A stretch of DNA of 64,000 bases, from the NCBI RefSeq assembly GCF_000181795.1, contig NW_003526943.1, forward strand, positions 3,362,609-3,426,608. Reading direction: 5' to 3'. The position numbers were made by a program, and so were the translations under genes. Positions within the stretch are counted from its first letter, which is position 1. Each line of letters starts with the position of its first letter. Under the pieces are notes generated by a model. It searched no databases. It had not been told where the DNA came from and saw nothing but the letters and a program-made list of their open reading frames with translations. Positions 11,904 to 27,187 of the stretch are shown here, one piece after another. Source of the DNA: Trichinella spiralis. Taxonomy: Eukaryota.

Positions 11904-13864
11904 TCAGTTTGCTTCTTCTTTGCTTGTACTGTGCGATGGTTGCCATCGTCGACGTTGTTTCACTATTCCTGCGCTGGTTTTCACCTCTGCCAGTGGCGAT
12001 TCATTGTTGCAGTTCAATTCCACAGCGTTTGTCACTTGCCCATCTAAAGTGATGATATCTGTGGAATCTTGCTCCACCGCTTTTCCATTACCAAATTTTC
12101 TCAGCATCAGCCGATCTAAGCAAGCATCGATGCGACGCCCGAGCAGATCGAAACACAGCGATACTAAAGCTAAACATCCAATAATGTACAGTATGCAAAT
12201 GAGGAAATAACCGTCATGATTGGGAACGATGTCGCCGAATCCTATCGATGTGAATGTGATGAAGCTGAAATAGCATGCGTCGACCCAGTCAAGCTGTTCC
12301 AAAAATCCAAAAAGCACTGTTCCTGTGACCAAACATGCGACAAATAGCATAGCCACAAACCGTCCCTCAGACAGACGACAACGATCTGCCAAAGCGACCA
12401 AAAGACGGGAAATTTGTAAAAGCAATGCTATCATCAACGGTATACCGAAAAGCCCGTAAATTACAGTGGCAATTTTCCCTTCTCTTGTCCTTGGCGACAC
12501 ATCTCCGAAACCTGCATTTGAACTCTCATATTCATTTCAATTTAAAAACAAACTGTATTTATAATCTGATTATGACTGACATCTACATTCATAAATATTG
12601 AAGAAAAACCATGCAAACTTACCTATAGTTGTAATTACAGAAAATGCATAAAATACTGAATCTGTTATAGACCATGGATATTCACTCCAAACCAGATTGC
12701 GGTTGCCGAGATGATCAGCTAGTTCATTCAGCTGACGTTCATAGAAGTCGACACGTTCATTAGCAAGCTGATTCCAGTCGTTTTCAGTGGATACCAAAGC
12801 GTGAGCCCAGAGTGCCTTATAAAATATGAATCTTATCAATAAAAATAAATAAACAATAGCAATAACTTCAAATAAAGTCTACCTATAAATAAACATCATT
12901 AATTAAAAAAAATGAGATGCATACATGTGGACAGAATTAATGTTAAAAATAAACCAAATTTAGTAAACATTTTTATGAGATGATAAAACATTGAACTCTC
13001 AACTTAGACATAATATGTTTATTAAAAGTTTTTTTACTGTACATGCATGCAATTTATGAATGATTTATTTACAATATATAAACATATGCATTTTTTTTCA
13101 AATGAATTTGCTTGAAATTAGCCCAGTATCCAGAAGAGAAATTTCTTAATTTTTACAGGATTTCTTTTTTTAATTTTAAATATAAAATTTTCGTTAAATA
13201 ACAAAAAATCAAATTTATGTTTAAACATGTAAAAGTCAAGTTACTGATCAATCAGAGTTGTTAGCATTTGTATTTAATTTAAAAGTTGTACAACTGTAAA
13301 GCGTTAGTTTTGATTGGAAAATTAAATTAAATTAAAGTTCCCTTTTGTGCTGCAACACTTAGCATATTTGCTTGGTTTGAAAAATTTTATTTTTAAGAAA
13401 AATGCAACAGAAACAATGCTGCTGCGATGATGCCGCCTACACGAATGCAACCGAATACTATGTAATATGTTTTGAAAGAAGAAATACGTAAACTAGTATT
13501 CAATTGAATAATTAAAGCAAAACAATACACTAAGATTAAGAAGAAATTATATTAGTATTAGAAATAATAATAAACGTTTTGCCAACATAGCAAGAATTGA
13601 GGGAAGAATTTAAATTACCTTAAGCAGATCAGCCCGAAATTGTTCGAGCTGAACGTTGGCAGAATAGAGATCTCGAAGCTTCATTTCACGTTCAAAGTAT
13701 TGAAAAAGCACTGCCCCGCCAAACAAATACGCCACAGATATGATGAACAGAAACAATACTTTTATACTATGGCCCAGGATGTCTTTCCTAGAATCAATTT
13801 GTTGTTTTTGCTGTTGTTGGCGTTGCTGCTGATGTTGGTCATCATCCATTTCTGAACAATCCAT
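11904..13864 (-). CDS. Two-pore-domain (TWK/K2P) potassium channel
   Basis: Three exons (~13864-13618, ~12815-12622, ~12512-11904). M1 YLFGGAVLFQYFE; P1 WSITDSVFYAFSVITTIG|FGDVSPRT; M2 IYGLFGIPL; P2 YFSFITFTSIGFGDIVP; M4. Gln-rich N-terminus. Confidence 0.93.
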
Positions 13865-15248
13865 TTCTACATTGATAATGACTGGAAAATAAAGTAAGTT
13901 ATTTTAATGCTTTTTCAGAATTCGTTTTCTGAACATTTTTAGTCAACGAAAACTTGCCAAAATGTGAAGCAGCTTTACATGCCACGTGACCGCAGTCAGC
14001 ACGATGTTAACGCAGCAGTTAGCTGTTGGCTGGAGCTTATATGATTGTTAGCCGACCGGCATGCAATGTGTTTGTTCACTTTGCCCCAGGACAGAGCAAC
14101 TGGATTCTATTTCATCGTTGTTTCGCTTCTCAACTAGTCAAGCTTGCAGGAAGCCAGCGACGCGCTCTGCTTTGCTGTGGAAGAAAAGCACAAGCGTAAA
14201 GCAGTAGCAGTCTTTACGAACAGCAGACGTGCTTGCTGCCTGCCTTCCTGCTTGCTCGCTTGAATTTTATAACCAACATTTTCGGCTTTGTTCGCTCAGC
14301 ACGAGCAAGAGTGCTTACTGATAGACGGCATCTGTTGTCACTTCAACTGTTGTTCCGCATGTATCTCGAAGAGAAACCTATTCAAAATATTTCAACAACC
14401 ATAATATGCATTTTTTCAAAGTATATGTATATTTGAAATATATTTATTACTTTGTTCTGTTTAAATTTTTCGTTAAATTTATTTACTCAAATGATCTGTT
14501 TTTTTTTAATTTTTTTGGGGTAGTTTTAAAAATTTACCATGGCAAATTTAAATCTGGGTAATTTAAAAAGAAATATTCAACAAACAACAAGAATTCAGCA
14601 TTTTCAACATTATGATTTTGTTTTCTATTATTTTTACTTATAAAATAACAATAACATTTAAAAAACAATTTACATTGCATTGTCAGATGTCAAAAATTAC
14701 GGTACATTATAGATGATTTGCAGGTAGTTATGAATTCAAATTACATAATATGTAGTGGTTTTGATTCGAATGTTTTGCTGTGCACATTGCTTTTATCATT
14801 CGATATTTAAGTAAAACAATTATAATAACAAAGTAAACTTGTTACAATGATCAAAGTAAAGCATCACCACAAAACAAAATAACAATGTTGGAAATACAAT
14901 TTTAATACGCTCTGAACAACCTCAACTTTTAATTTAAAGATCAAATGTTATTCGATTCAAGTTGAATAAAATCGTGGTGAGTCGTTTCAAATAAAGGCAC
15001 CAAACCTTCGAATTCACAATGATAACTTTGAATGGCACAATTTTGAAACCGTTGAAACAGCAGCGAAAAACTCCACTTATCAAAAATGCATGATTCACAT
15101 GCAACATGTAAACAACAAAATCACTTTCACTTTTTACATACATATTTGAAAAATAGCTAAAAATAGCTTTTTCCACTACATGAAAAAGAAAGATGCAAGA
15201 CAATAATGGCAAACTTGTAACTTCAACTTGTTTTTCATCATCAGCTAG

Positions 15249-18200
15249 CTAGCTGACAGCACATTCAATATCTTCGCCCAAATGAGGCATAATTGAAATC
15301 ACTGCGCGACACATGTACGTTATAGTACCATACCGACCCGATGGAGCCGAATCGTAAAAGTGACGGCAGACCCCATTCGTACCGCCACAAGGATCTTTGT
15401 TAGATTTAGCACAACACATGACCGCATCACCATTCGCTTCTTTCTGTATGGAAAATGATCGATTATGCGCGGAATAGAATAATATATAAAACAAAATAAT
15501 AATGTATTACTTGATCAGAAAGAAAAAATTCATTCGCTTTGTGAACAATTTGATCGACTAAAACCAAACCAGGACCAAGAACAACGTTAGTTTGATTTTC
15601 AGCTAATATAGTGAGCACCATCAAAGCTTCGACCAACAGTTGCCGATATTCAGGATCCGGAATTTTGTTTAGCACCGATTCAACTCTCAGAGCAAACTTC
15701 ATCTCGCCAGTTGTCATCTAATTACAATAGAAAAAACAACAATAAACCAAAATTGAATCAAGTCTGTTTGATGTGAGTGAAAGAAAGTTTATTAATTAAA
15801 ATATGCAGACATATTACAACGTACCTCTTGGGTCAAGTTTTGATGAAGAACCTTGTCGCCAATTAACAAGCCTTCGCATTTGCGCAGTATGAGCCAAATT
15901 TTTGAATAAAATTCTGGCGGCACACGATTCAGTGCTCCATCAATGCGTCTACGGCGCAACCATTGCAACCAGTCCATATTGTTATCCATATTCATTTCTT
16001 CCTTTGATTTAATGACGTCAACAATCTTGAAAGCAAAAATTAACATTAAATTGCTTGATAAAAGATAAACAAAAAGCTTCATCATCTCTTTTTACTTTGT
16101 GATCTTTCATTCGTTTCCCCAACTGCATAATACCAGTTCGCTCTGCTTTAGTCTTTTCTGTATAAGTGATCATTTCAGAATTTTCTTCATCTCTATCTGA
16201 AGACACAAATTATACTATGCATTATCGTCAGCCACTGACCATTACTAGTCTGTTTCGTTTAGTCTTTACCTGCAAATTCTTTACCACTGAGAATGTGATG
16301 CAACAATGTCTTCAATTCGTAGGGGCTCAAATTAGTGACATTGGTTGCAGCTTCCTCACCTAAAAAAATAAAACAGAGAGTTGTTCCTTTACTAATTTCT
16401 GAAGAAAAAAAAGAAATGAATCTTCAACTGATAATAAACAAGTGAACATTAAGCAAAAAATTTGTTTTTAACACGTTTGCATTATTAGGCATTGTGTAAT
16501 AAATAATATTTCACTCAAATATCTTCTGATTCAACAATAAAAAGCTACCTGAACAATGCAAGCCGCGAGCAAGTTCTGTAATCATGATCTGAATAATTAA
16601 ACCAACCCGAAGGCGCAGCATCTCTGTAAATAAGTGCGGTTCCGTTCGAATAAACATGCCAAGATATATGAGAATTTCCTAAAAATACTTTATTAATAAA
16701 AACATTACAAATAAAAATCAAACAAACTACCTGAGTGAGCATAATGCCGCATTCGTCTTCCACAAGCGCTGCTCGAATCACTTTCAACAACTCTAATGGG
16801 GGTAGTGGACACGAAATAGGCTCCTCATGAATGCTGGGCATTCCAACCGTGATCTGCTTCTGTCGCACCAACAAGTCCGTAACTGCCTAAACCAATAAAT
16901 ATTATTCCATATTATATTTTCTTTTCATTTAGTAAAGTGCTAACGTTCGTCAGAGATTCAGTAACTTTGTTCAACAAACCCGCAGTGTGCCGTACCAACC
17001 ACCAAAGTCGTTGATGACAAGCCTAGACAAAACCCAATTACAAATCACTCACATTATTTATTGTTGTGCTTTTCCAATAAATAAATAAATAAATAAATAA
17101 ACATCCATTTGCCAGAAAACAAAAAGAAATTGAAATAAAAATAAATCGTGACAAACTTTTTGATACAATTCTTCAACCAATTTCCGCACCGTTACTTCAG
17201 CTCTTCCGCCTAGTTTGGTATCCCAATTTGATCCTCTGAAACAAAAACCAACATAGTATATCATTACAGAAGAGTGAATTAAGCTTCATCGTTTCCATCA
17301 CTAATGCGTATACGTACTGTTTCAACCACAAATATTGAACAATATCGGCTTGTTCTTCTAAAATTTCCGTATCCAGCAACATCTCAACCAAGTCCTTGCA
17401 GTCGACTTCGTTCAGATCTTTGGTCCCATATTTATTGTTAGCATTGTCCAAAAGATTCAGTCGATTACCCGACGCCGACGTTCTCAGCAGAAGAGGCGAA
17501 GTGGGCGACAAAAGTGCCACCGGCGGAGATGAACAAGGCGTTGCCTCTTCGTCCGTATTTGTAGAACTTTTCCGACCAGTTGAACTGGAGCTAACGAAAC
17601 TGTCACGTCTATCACGCATTGTTATCAAAGCTAAAAAGATGAAACCTCGAGATAAAAAAAAGAGCAATCAAAACCAAAAAAACAAAAAGCACCCCACTCA
17701 CCGACTTCGTTCGGATCAAGCATGATGGACTTGTGCCTTTGTGAAATGCCACGCACAAAAGAGTACTTGCGGCTCCGCTCTTCGCTTTGTAATCCTATAG
17801 AGTGTTTGACTTTGCTCGACCGCCGCAAAATGCCGCCGGATTCTGTCCTTCGACTGCAAAGCACGCTTTTCAACAGTTCACTCACCTTCGGATCAATATC
17901 TGAATTCCAAACAAAGTTGATTTTAATAACGCTGTTACAGAACAATACCAACTAACTTGATTCATCATCGGTAAGATAGTGAAGCTTGATGATACAGCTA
18001 GTAGTGACAAAGTCGCTAATTTTACCCAAAATTGTTCTGAAAACAAAGTAAAATAAATATTCGTCAAATAGAACTTTTCTTTACAATAAAATGATAAAGT
18101 TGATAATTTTCTTTTCTTACAGCTAGCTGATTATAAGTCAAAATTTCTTATCTTTATAAAAAGAATTACCTCGTTCCACTGATGTAACCGCTTTTCATTT

Positions 18201-21200
18201 TTTTCAATGCACCAATCATTCCCAATGGTACTTTTTTACTATCGTCGGATACGTCTAAAGCAGAAAAAATTATGCAAAATAAGAACAATAACAGTAAAAA
18301 CAAAAGCAATATACTAACTGCTGATCATCACATTCGAAAACACCATCACTACCAATGGACGACCAGGCACATTCCAAGAGGTTTTCACATAGAACAGTTC
18401 CGCCTTCATGGTGTCAATTAAAATGTTCACATCATGAGTAAGGTAAAACCGTTGCCAATCTAAAAACTGAAGCACAAAAGTCAATAATTTAAATAAATTA
18501 TTTATTCTCCAAAAAATAACACACATTAAAAAATTTTTTTTACATCATTACCTGAGGAGTAAATACGAAAATTCTATCTTGAACATTGTACATTTTGCTA
18601 GTGCTCAACAGTCCGACATCCGTAGACATTCTTCCACTAAGTTTCATCTTGGTGCTCCTTCCTTGAAGAATAAAATTTTTTGCTTTTTTAATAGACATTT
18701 CCAATCACTGAAAAGAATATAAATATTCATACCCAATTGTGAAAAAAGACGACCAAGTACATGAGCAGGTTGTACTATGAACGGTTCTACATTCTTTAAC
18801 AATTCAACTTCGATCCCTTGTGCTGCCAATTTTTCTTTCATCTCTTCATCCTCCGCCAAAACCACAACTATATCAAAAAATGCTATTTACATAAACAACC
18901 AGCCATCTATCAATCAGTTGATACCTTGAACGACGGTATCTGGTCTCTTTTCAGTAGAAAGTCGTCTATTTAAAGGATCCAGCTCTGCAGCTTGAATGAA
19001 ACCTTCTTCAATTAGACAAGTCAATACATAAAGCGACTGTGCCCAAAGGAAAGGTATAGATCCAGCTGCAACACGCGTTTGTGAATGTGGACATGCTATT
19101 TCTTCATCTACCTACAAAACCTCTACCTGTCAAAGATCTTTTGATTACCTAAAAAGAGAACATACCAAATTCGAAGGAACAGCATAGAGTTCAGGTACAA
19201 GCTTCAAACCATCCTCTGATGTTATCACTATTTCCTCCAAGCGTTCACGATAATATTGTACCTATCAGTATCAGAAATAAATAAAATAAAATATTTTAAA
19301 AAACAATATAAAAACAAACAAGGTATCCGAAAAAAACCTTCAAATTAAAATTTACAGATTATTTATCTGTCTAAAATATACCAATACATTGCTTAGGTTT
19401 CCTGAAAAAGGGCGGTAAGCGAAACTGCGTTAAACCGAGTCGTTATAACATGCCTTTATAGTACATCGGTTCCAATGAAAGTCAGAATATATACAACAAA
19501 TTTTGTCTGACGTCTTTATAAAAATGTTACATGCTTTATTAATCACAATTATGATTGTGATGAAGGACGGGCCTTTGGTTCCTCAAACAAATTATTTTTC
19601 CTTTTGTTTTCTCTCATGATGAATTTCTTTACAGCAACATAATGACAAGAATGCATCAAACAATATATGATAAAATATATAAAACCTAACAGAATACAAG
19701 AACTCCAAACGAATTGCCATGAATAAATTCACCGACTGACTGAATATATATCAGATAAGTCAAGCGACAAGAGAACTGCCGTTAAGTGAGCACAAATGAA
19801 TCGTGTGACATGCCAGTAAGAAACAACGCTAAGCAGGGTACTGATGTATATTTCAATTCATAACTGATACGGCTAACCGATGAATTACATATGGCTTCAT
19901 GAACAAAGCAATTGTAAAATATCATTAAAAAATTAACAAATAACTTTGCATTAATTTTGAAAATTAAAAAATGTTCAACGATTCAGTTTCATAACAAATA
20001 AATGTTTCGTTTTTATAGTAATGCTAATTACCTGTGACTTGTTGTTACTGAAAAAGCCATCCAGTATAAAATAGCAAAAAAACAATGGCCACTCGCATTC
20101 GATGTTTTCAAACTGTTGCAGTTCGTGTGGTTCATAATACAAACGATTTGGATCCTGTAATAGTGTTTGAAAGTTCAAAATCTAGAGGAAATGTCTACAG
20201 AAATTAAATTACCTCTCTTGGAGTTTTATATCCATCTCGTAAAAATCGTCGACATCCATAACGTCCTTGAAGTTTGTTCATAATCGTTGCCCGAGTGGTA
20301 TTGATCTGGGTCCAATCTTCCATTGCGAATGCGGGGTATGAAATGATGCTCAACAAAGCGGCATCGGTTTCTTTCGAATATGATTCTCGTGGCAACAAAG
20401 ATTTCAAAACAGCCTAACATAAGAACGTTCGTTTTCAAATTACTAATTATTATATAAATGAAAAGCCACAAACCGAAAGGAAAACAGAATTTAACCATTC
20501 AAAGAAAATGTACGACTTAAGTAGATAAACATTACCTGACACTGTTGTATTTCATCAATCATCACATGTATGACAGAGTTTGGAGAACCATATGCGCCAA
20601 AAAGATCGAGATCATTTAATGCTTGCAACGCTGCTTTCGCCATACCTATTGAACTGGCGTTCAACTCTGTAACGCCGTGATTAGTTTTGTCACCTCGCTC
20701 CCAGATACCGTAATCCTAAGAAAAATTCAAAATTACAAAAATTATGCAATTATGCGCAGAAATAAAAATACTGGAATGCGGTAAGCATGTTCTATGTAGA
20801 AGACCAAATTTTGTACAAATGCTACTTCGTCAAGAGTAAAAATGATCTGCATGCCCGATGCGGTCATCTGCGCCAAAGAGAGCAGATACAATGAGATCGC
20901 GTCGATTTGCAAATGTCCCCATTCATTGTCACCCACGACTGTATTCCAATTTCGAGCCGAGTATTTCGCATGCAAAGCATCTTTCGGCAACTGGGTCTTT
21001 TTGAAAGCCTCCACCTTGTGAGACTGACGCATAAAGCATTGCAGCAGCGAACGCATCACTTTTACGCATGTCTAAAATATTAAAAAATTGAAATGAATTT
21101 TATCAAAATTTATTAATCTTTAAAATAAAAAAATATATATAATGTTTTCCACTATTAGAACTTGCAGTCAATTATAAATTTACAGTAATACAGTATTATT

Positions 21201-21964
21201 CCAAAAAAATTTTATACTGTCAAAATGCAAGTGTAAGCCTGCGAATGAAATTATGTTTGACTTTTAATGGAAATCAGTTTTCATACAATAATGCAGACTG
21301 CGTAACACTCACTGTCAGCACTGATAGAATGCCAGAAAAGCGTGAAATGATCATTACAATCGGCAAAATTTAAATACATTTTTAAATGTCATGCTTACAA
21401 AAATTCGACTTTAAAAATAATTTTTGACATAAATACAAATAAAATAAAATGAAAAAATCAATTTTATACTATGAAACTAAGAAACATGCAACGAAAATAT
21501 GCTATATTATGGAATAAAATTGAATGAACAGCATGAAAATTTACTTGCTCTAGTTCATGACATTTCGCACGATCTTCGTCAAAATCAGCATTTTTCTTAT
21601 AAGCTAATGCTAAGCCCCAGACTGCGTGCACAGCGTAGACATTGTCACGAACCCAAGCGTGATCTGCAAAACCAGGTAATGGCGAAGAAAATAAACTCGT
21701 CACTGGATCCTAAACAAAATTTACTGCTGTCAAATGTTACAAACAAAAATTCTAGTTATCCATTTTTACAACATATATAATATTTAAAATGTTTCATAAT
21801 CTTTTAAAGTGCTTTGCACTTACTGATTCTGTAATATTTTCAACTTATACAATTTATTTTACATATTCTCAAAATAATAAATGTACCGTATGATTCAGAA
21901 TAGTTTTCTGCACCAGACGCATATAATAGTCCAAACGGACTCCAATGTTGGTTCGGGAATGCAT
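15249..21964 (-). CDS. PHKA: Phosphorylase b kinase regulatory subunit alpha (multi-exon)
   Basis: Starts [14 protein letters not shown] at ATG 21964. Contains [84 protein letters not shown] and [12 protein letters not shown]. Ends in the CaaX motif CAVS*, as expected for the prenylated alpha subunit. Confidence 0.95.
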
Positions 21965-24900
21965 ATTTCGAATGAATAATTCCTAAAAGATATTATATTT
22001 TGACCTCAAGCATTGAAAATTTACCTATGTAATGCAAATTGTATAAGCTGAAAGCTTTTTATTATTAAAAGATAAATTCATTTAATGCGAGGTATACAAT
22101 TTGCAAACCAATTCTATAGTGTAAACAACATTTTTATATAGCAATTATAAAATAAAAATTCAAAATATTTGCCAATTCAAATGTTGCAATATTAATCAGC
22201 GCTAAGAAACTCAAGAAATAGATCGCAGCACTGCATTTCAAAAAAGAAAAAATTTACCCAATGCAATTTCTAACCGACAATTGCTTTACCAACATATGAT
22301 AACTTGATTCTTGCTCAACATCTGTGCATAAGGCACATCGTCAAAAATAGCAGAAAAGTTGACTCGTCCGGGCATATTCACGCATATATATACATATATT
22401 AATAAAATAACTTAATATAGTATGTTAGTAATATATATTGGAAAATTAAACATTGTTAAACATCATTAGCTGAACAATTATACTAACCCAATCTCAGTAA
22501 ACTCTCCAAAATGAATGAGAATTCGAAAATTCTAATTATCTTTCAGTTTCACCTTTCATATACCTCTAGATGCGGACATGCAAAAATGATAAAGAAAGAA
22601 AAGTTAATGGAAGTTTGTTGTTGAACGTCATCTGACATCGTATTTGAATTTTTTCCAGTAGCATAAAAACCAAAATATCTATACACCGTTGAACATTTCA
22701 AGAAACTGCATCAACAAAGCAAACGCGCAAAATGACGTCGAAAACTTCACTTCAATAATGCATGCATGCATCCAGTAGTTTGTGAAAAAATCCAACAGCC
22801 TTAATTAAATGAATTGTAGTTAAAAACAAAAAACAGATCAAAGTTAATTAATAATATTATTTTTGAATATGAAAAACAGATGTGCTGCACATTAGTAGCA
22901 TTCAAAAGTTCTCCCAGTTTCAAAAGTCACGCATCTTTATTTCAAAAATAAAATTTAATAAAAATTGAAATCTAGCACGAAGCTACACAAATCTATCTAT
23001 TTATGACAAATTTGTTTTGTTTAATCTGAGATTATATTAAAATAGATTTTCATTTGAAAAAAAATCAATAATGAAAACTTACTTGCAATAAATATGTTTA
23101 ATATTTTTTATTTTTCATACTATACCTATGCCAATTATGGTACATTTCAAGTCAAGTTAAATGAGAATAAATCTCCAATTATTAAAGGCATACTGTATGA
23201 AACGCAGGCATGCAAAAATTAAATTTCATTTTGTAATAAATTTTGAAATATATAATTATTTTTTTTCTTAACAAATGATATGTTTATATGATTAAAAATA
23301 AAACATACCAAATAATGAAGTTGTTCCAAAATAATCTAGAACATGCATATTATAAATGAATGCATTGATGATTCAATTTGTAAATAAAATTGATTTTTTA
23401 CTTCAAAAATGGAAAAAAAACAGACAAAATTTTTTCATTTTTTAGAAAGCACACAAAGAATCAAAAATGAAAAGATAAGAAAGTGAAAGAAAAGAAGAAC
23501 GCAATTCATATTCAAAATAAGATTCCATAAAATCTCACCTCGTGAAGAGCCATTTAGTGGTTGTTTTCCTCTTTTTTTATTGTAATAAAGTGAAAAACTA
23601 ATTTGGAATGCTTCTAATAAAGCAAAACAATATTTTCAATCAGGAAGTGACCATCACGGCTACTCTGCTCTGAAGCAGTTTGTGCGACAATTGAATGTTA
23701 GCGGCTTAGCAAGAAAGCTACGAATCAATAACAGTGCAAATGTGATTGGTCTCTTTTGACAGATGATGATTTTCAGTCTGGTTTCAATTTTCACGTGCAA
23801 ATGTTTTTGAAATAAAAAAATTTTTTCCACTCATAAGCATTAGCTTACTGGAAGAATCCTAAACGACGCTTTTATGACAAAGAAAAGCAAATAAAAGCAT
23901 CACTTCTTATAAATGCTTTTCCAGTTTATGTGAATTAACATTTCCTGATTTTAAACAATATTGATGTTCAAGTGAATTCTTTTATTAATAAGCCGGAAAT
24001 TTTTAGTTGTATTTCAGCACTTTGGTTTATAAATACGAAGTGTGTTAAAATTAAGATTACGTCAAAAAATTGCTTTATTACATTTCAGTGAACCGATGCA
24101 GTTATTTAGAAATAATATAACATGAAAGAAAAATAAAAGGTTTAAAGTCATATACGCAGTAAATTTATTTGAATAAAAATGTAAATAGAAATCAGTAGTA
24201 ATATAATAAAATTTAATAGATCATGTTTTAAAAAGCTGCTTATAAAAAGAATAACCATAACTTTTTGAAACTGATTTTAATTTTTAAAATATATTTTAAT
24301 AAGATGCGTTAATTTTTTTCAGAACTGAAATAATCGTTAAAAAAGCATTACTAGTGTTATATTGTCACCACCCCTGCAAATGTTGTAGTATAAATGCCAC
24401 TTTAATACCTTTTAATACCATTGCAAGTGGAGATCACTTGATTTTAAAAATAAAGGTTTGTTTGTTTTACAATTAATACTACCACTACTACTGTTGCTGC
24501 TACTACTATTACTACTAGTAATAATGCAGATATTATTAATATAATTTATAGAAATGATATAATAAAAAACAATTTGATATTTGTAAATGAATTATCTCAA
24601 TAAACTGTCTAAAACGTATTCTCAGATGGGATTATTTACAATAAAGCAAAATGATAAGAAACGAATTTTAATTTTAATCGGCTTACACGATTTCATGGGG
24701 ATTTTAAAAATTGTTTTATATTTATATTATATTATATTTTTTATACTTTCCATTTTGAATTAGAAACATTACAAGTGAGTAATAGTTTAAAGAATGTTTT
24801 AAAAAACTGCTAAATAAAATTGAATCATGCTCTTGCCAATCTTTTTTTAGATCATTTTTTAATTCTGAATTTGAATAAAATTCCTTGATTATATTTATTG

Positions 24901-25400
24901 TAAGGTTTTGCAAAAGCTCAACTGATATTTTAAAAGCACTTTAAAATGTGAACACCTAACAGTCATCATGCAAAGATTGCTGAATTTACAAAGAATTTGA
25001 ATGAGCAACACTACCGCTGAAATATAAATATATTTAAGAAAAACTGTAATTTCATTTTAGATGTGCTGCTCTATGTTATTATTGGTTTATTATGCTGGTG
25101 ATGAAGAGGTAGAAAATATTTCGAAAATGTTTTATACTGAATACTAAAACAATTTTATAATTATTTTAAATGCACCATCGGTGAAGTATTTTTTTAAAAA
25201 AAGCAATCTGCAGGAATTGGATTCAAACTTATTAGCGCTACTTATCGCGCTTGGTTGCTTCTTTTAAGCAATGCTAATTCATGCATCAGCAAATTCTGTT
25301 TTCACATTTTGTGCAGTTATTCTAATTTATTTCCTCTATGAATAAAGACAAGACATTATTTCTGGCAGTGATAGTTGTATCGACTTATCAGTTGCGTTGC

Positions 25401-27187
25401 TTATGAATATGGACATGGTATGACGTTTTTCGCCATGTCAGCAAAGCTTGAGCTCAGTGCATGCTGTGTAAAGCATACTCCTGCACCAGAAAATAAGTAC
25501 TGTTCTTTCTAAAAATAACTTCACATTATTCAAAATCACATATAACAACTAATTTTCATTTTACCGCTTGATAAAATAATGACCGATTTAAAAATAAATT
25601 GCTGATTTTTTTGGATTTTTAAAGTTAAATTTTTTTATAAAAAATAAAATCTCTTACATTATAATTGTTAGTTGTAAAACAAACTAGAGGGTGATTTTCC
25701 ACAGACACCCATTGAGCATAATCTGCTTCTCTTCTGCTTTGCTGACCATCAATAGATATTGGGCTTTGGACCAGTTTCACATGACCAATTTTTCCTCCAC
25801 AAGTTGAAGTCAAAGTTCCATCAGTTCGACTCCAAATACGCAAATTGGCTTGCAATTGTTTGGTGAGCAATCTGCCATAAAACTCTGAAAATATTACTTT
25901 TATTGACATTTAACAATAGTTTACATCGTTTGTGAAAAAAAATTTCACCTAAACGAGCCATTGACAATTTTGAATATATGGAGATTGGTACTGGCATACC
26001 GCTGGATAGTGTTGTAATACTTTGCAAATGCCAAAATGGAGATGATGTAATTTTTGAAAATCCATTAATTAAGTTCATAAGAGTGACTTGTTTAGGCTGT
26101 AGAGCAACATCAATATTAGAGAAATAAATCACTGGCTGTTGGTACGTTAAAGATGTGGCTATAAAATTAATTGAACATTTTTAATGATAAAATTTCCTGA
26201 AATTTACTATAAAATTTATTTTATTTCAATGCCAAAGCTTTTTAAGTGAATCCATAAGGGGAATTTTACCAATGGACTGTATAGTTGTAACAGATACTTC
26301 CATGCAAACTGCCATGTGTCCTTCCCCAGTTAGTGCTGATGGCCATGTCCATGCGACTGCGTTTGCCAAGAATCTTGAAAATGTGTGAACAAACCAAAAT
26401 GCAGGTTGGTCATTATTAGACATCATAATTATTCCTGTAACACTGTATTATTTAAAAATTGATTTTGAATTCTATTCTACCAACCCTTCACAGTCGATTG
26501 AGTTTTTATTCCGCTAAGATAAGGAGGTTCATCGCTATAGCCTAAAGCGCTTAAATTATTTGTCAGGGGCACCAACCAACTGTCAAGAGTAAGTGCTAAA
26601 GCGTGCCCTTGGTCTGATGTCAGTGGAGCTGCGTCATCAGTCCAAGGAACATTCATTGCGCTGGATATTTTTGCGGTAACGTATCCTGGAGCTTTATAAA
26701 ATACGTACCTAAATTTACATTGAATGTTTAAGCGATTTTTTGTTATGCAATTGACTTCAATAATGCATTTTACTTTTGTAAGGTAAGCTAGTTAGTTTAT
26801 TCTAAGCTTACACTAAGACGGTAATAATTTACGTTTTACTTTAGGAACAAGGTGGATCATTTTTAGTTGAAGTTAGTTAATTAATAAACAATTGATGCTA
26901 ATTTTCAATTCTCATAAGATCTGGTCTTTAACAATAGTTAACCGAAGAACATTTTTCAGAATATTATTTTAAGAAAAGCATAAGAAATGCAAAAGATATC
27001 TTTCTTACAAATAAATTTTGAATTACATGTTAAAAATTTTAATTTATAGCACGATAAAAATTTAGTACCAGTCAACATTAGCGGTCGGTGTGATAGTGCA
27101 GTGAGCATCCAGAGCATGAACTTTGGTTTTCCAAAGCATTATCATTAGAAATAATAACCATTGAATCAACTGTAAATTTTTCATCAT
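25401..27187 (-). CDS. Secreted DNase II-like protein, p43 paralog (array copy 1), 6 exons
   Basis: Signal peptide MMKNLQLIQWLLFLMIMLWKTKVHA; VDW|YVFYKAP; GYSDEPP..STVKG; FWFVHT; GHMAVC; TCGG; ADYAQW; ends VIPCPYS*. Exons ~27187-27069, 26709-26485, 26434-26270, 26159-25949, 25886-25658, 25508-25401. Confidence 0.9.

Noticed and set aside
19390..19900. GC-richer patches in a long PHKA intron
   Set aside because: No ORF, TIR pair or RNA structure that I could support.
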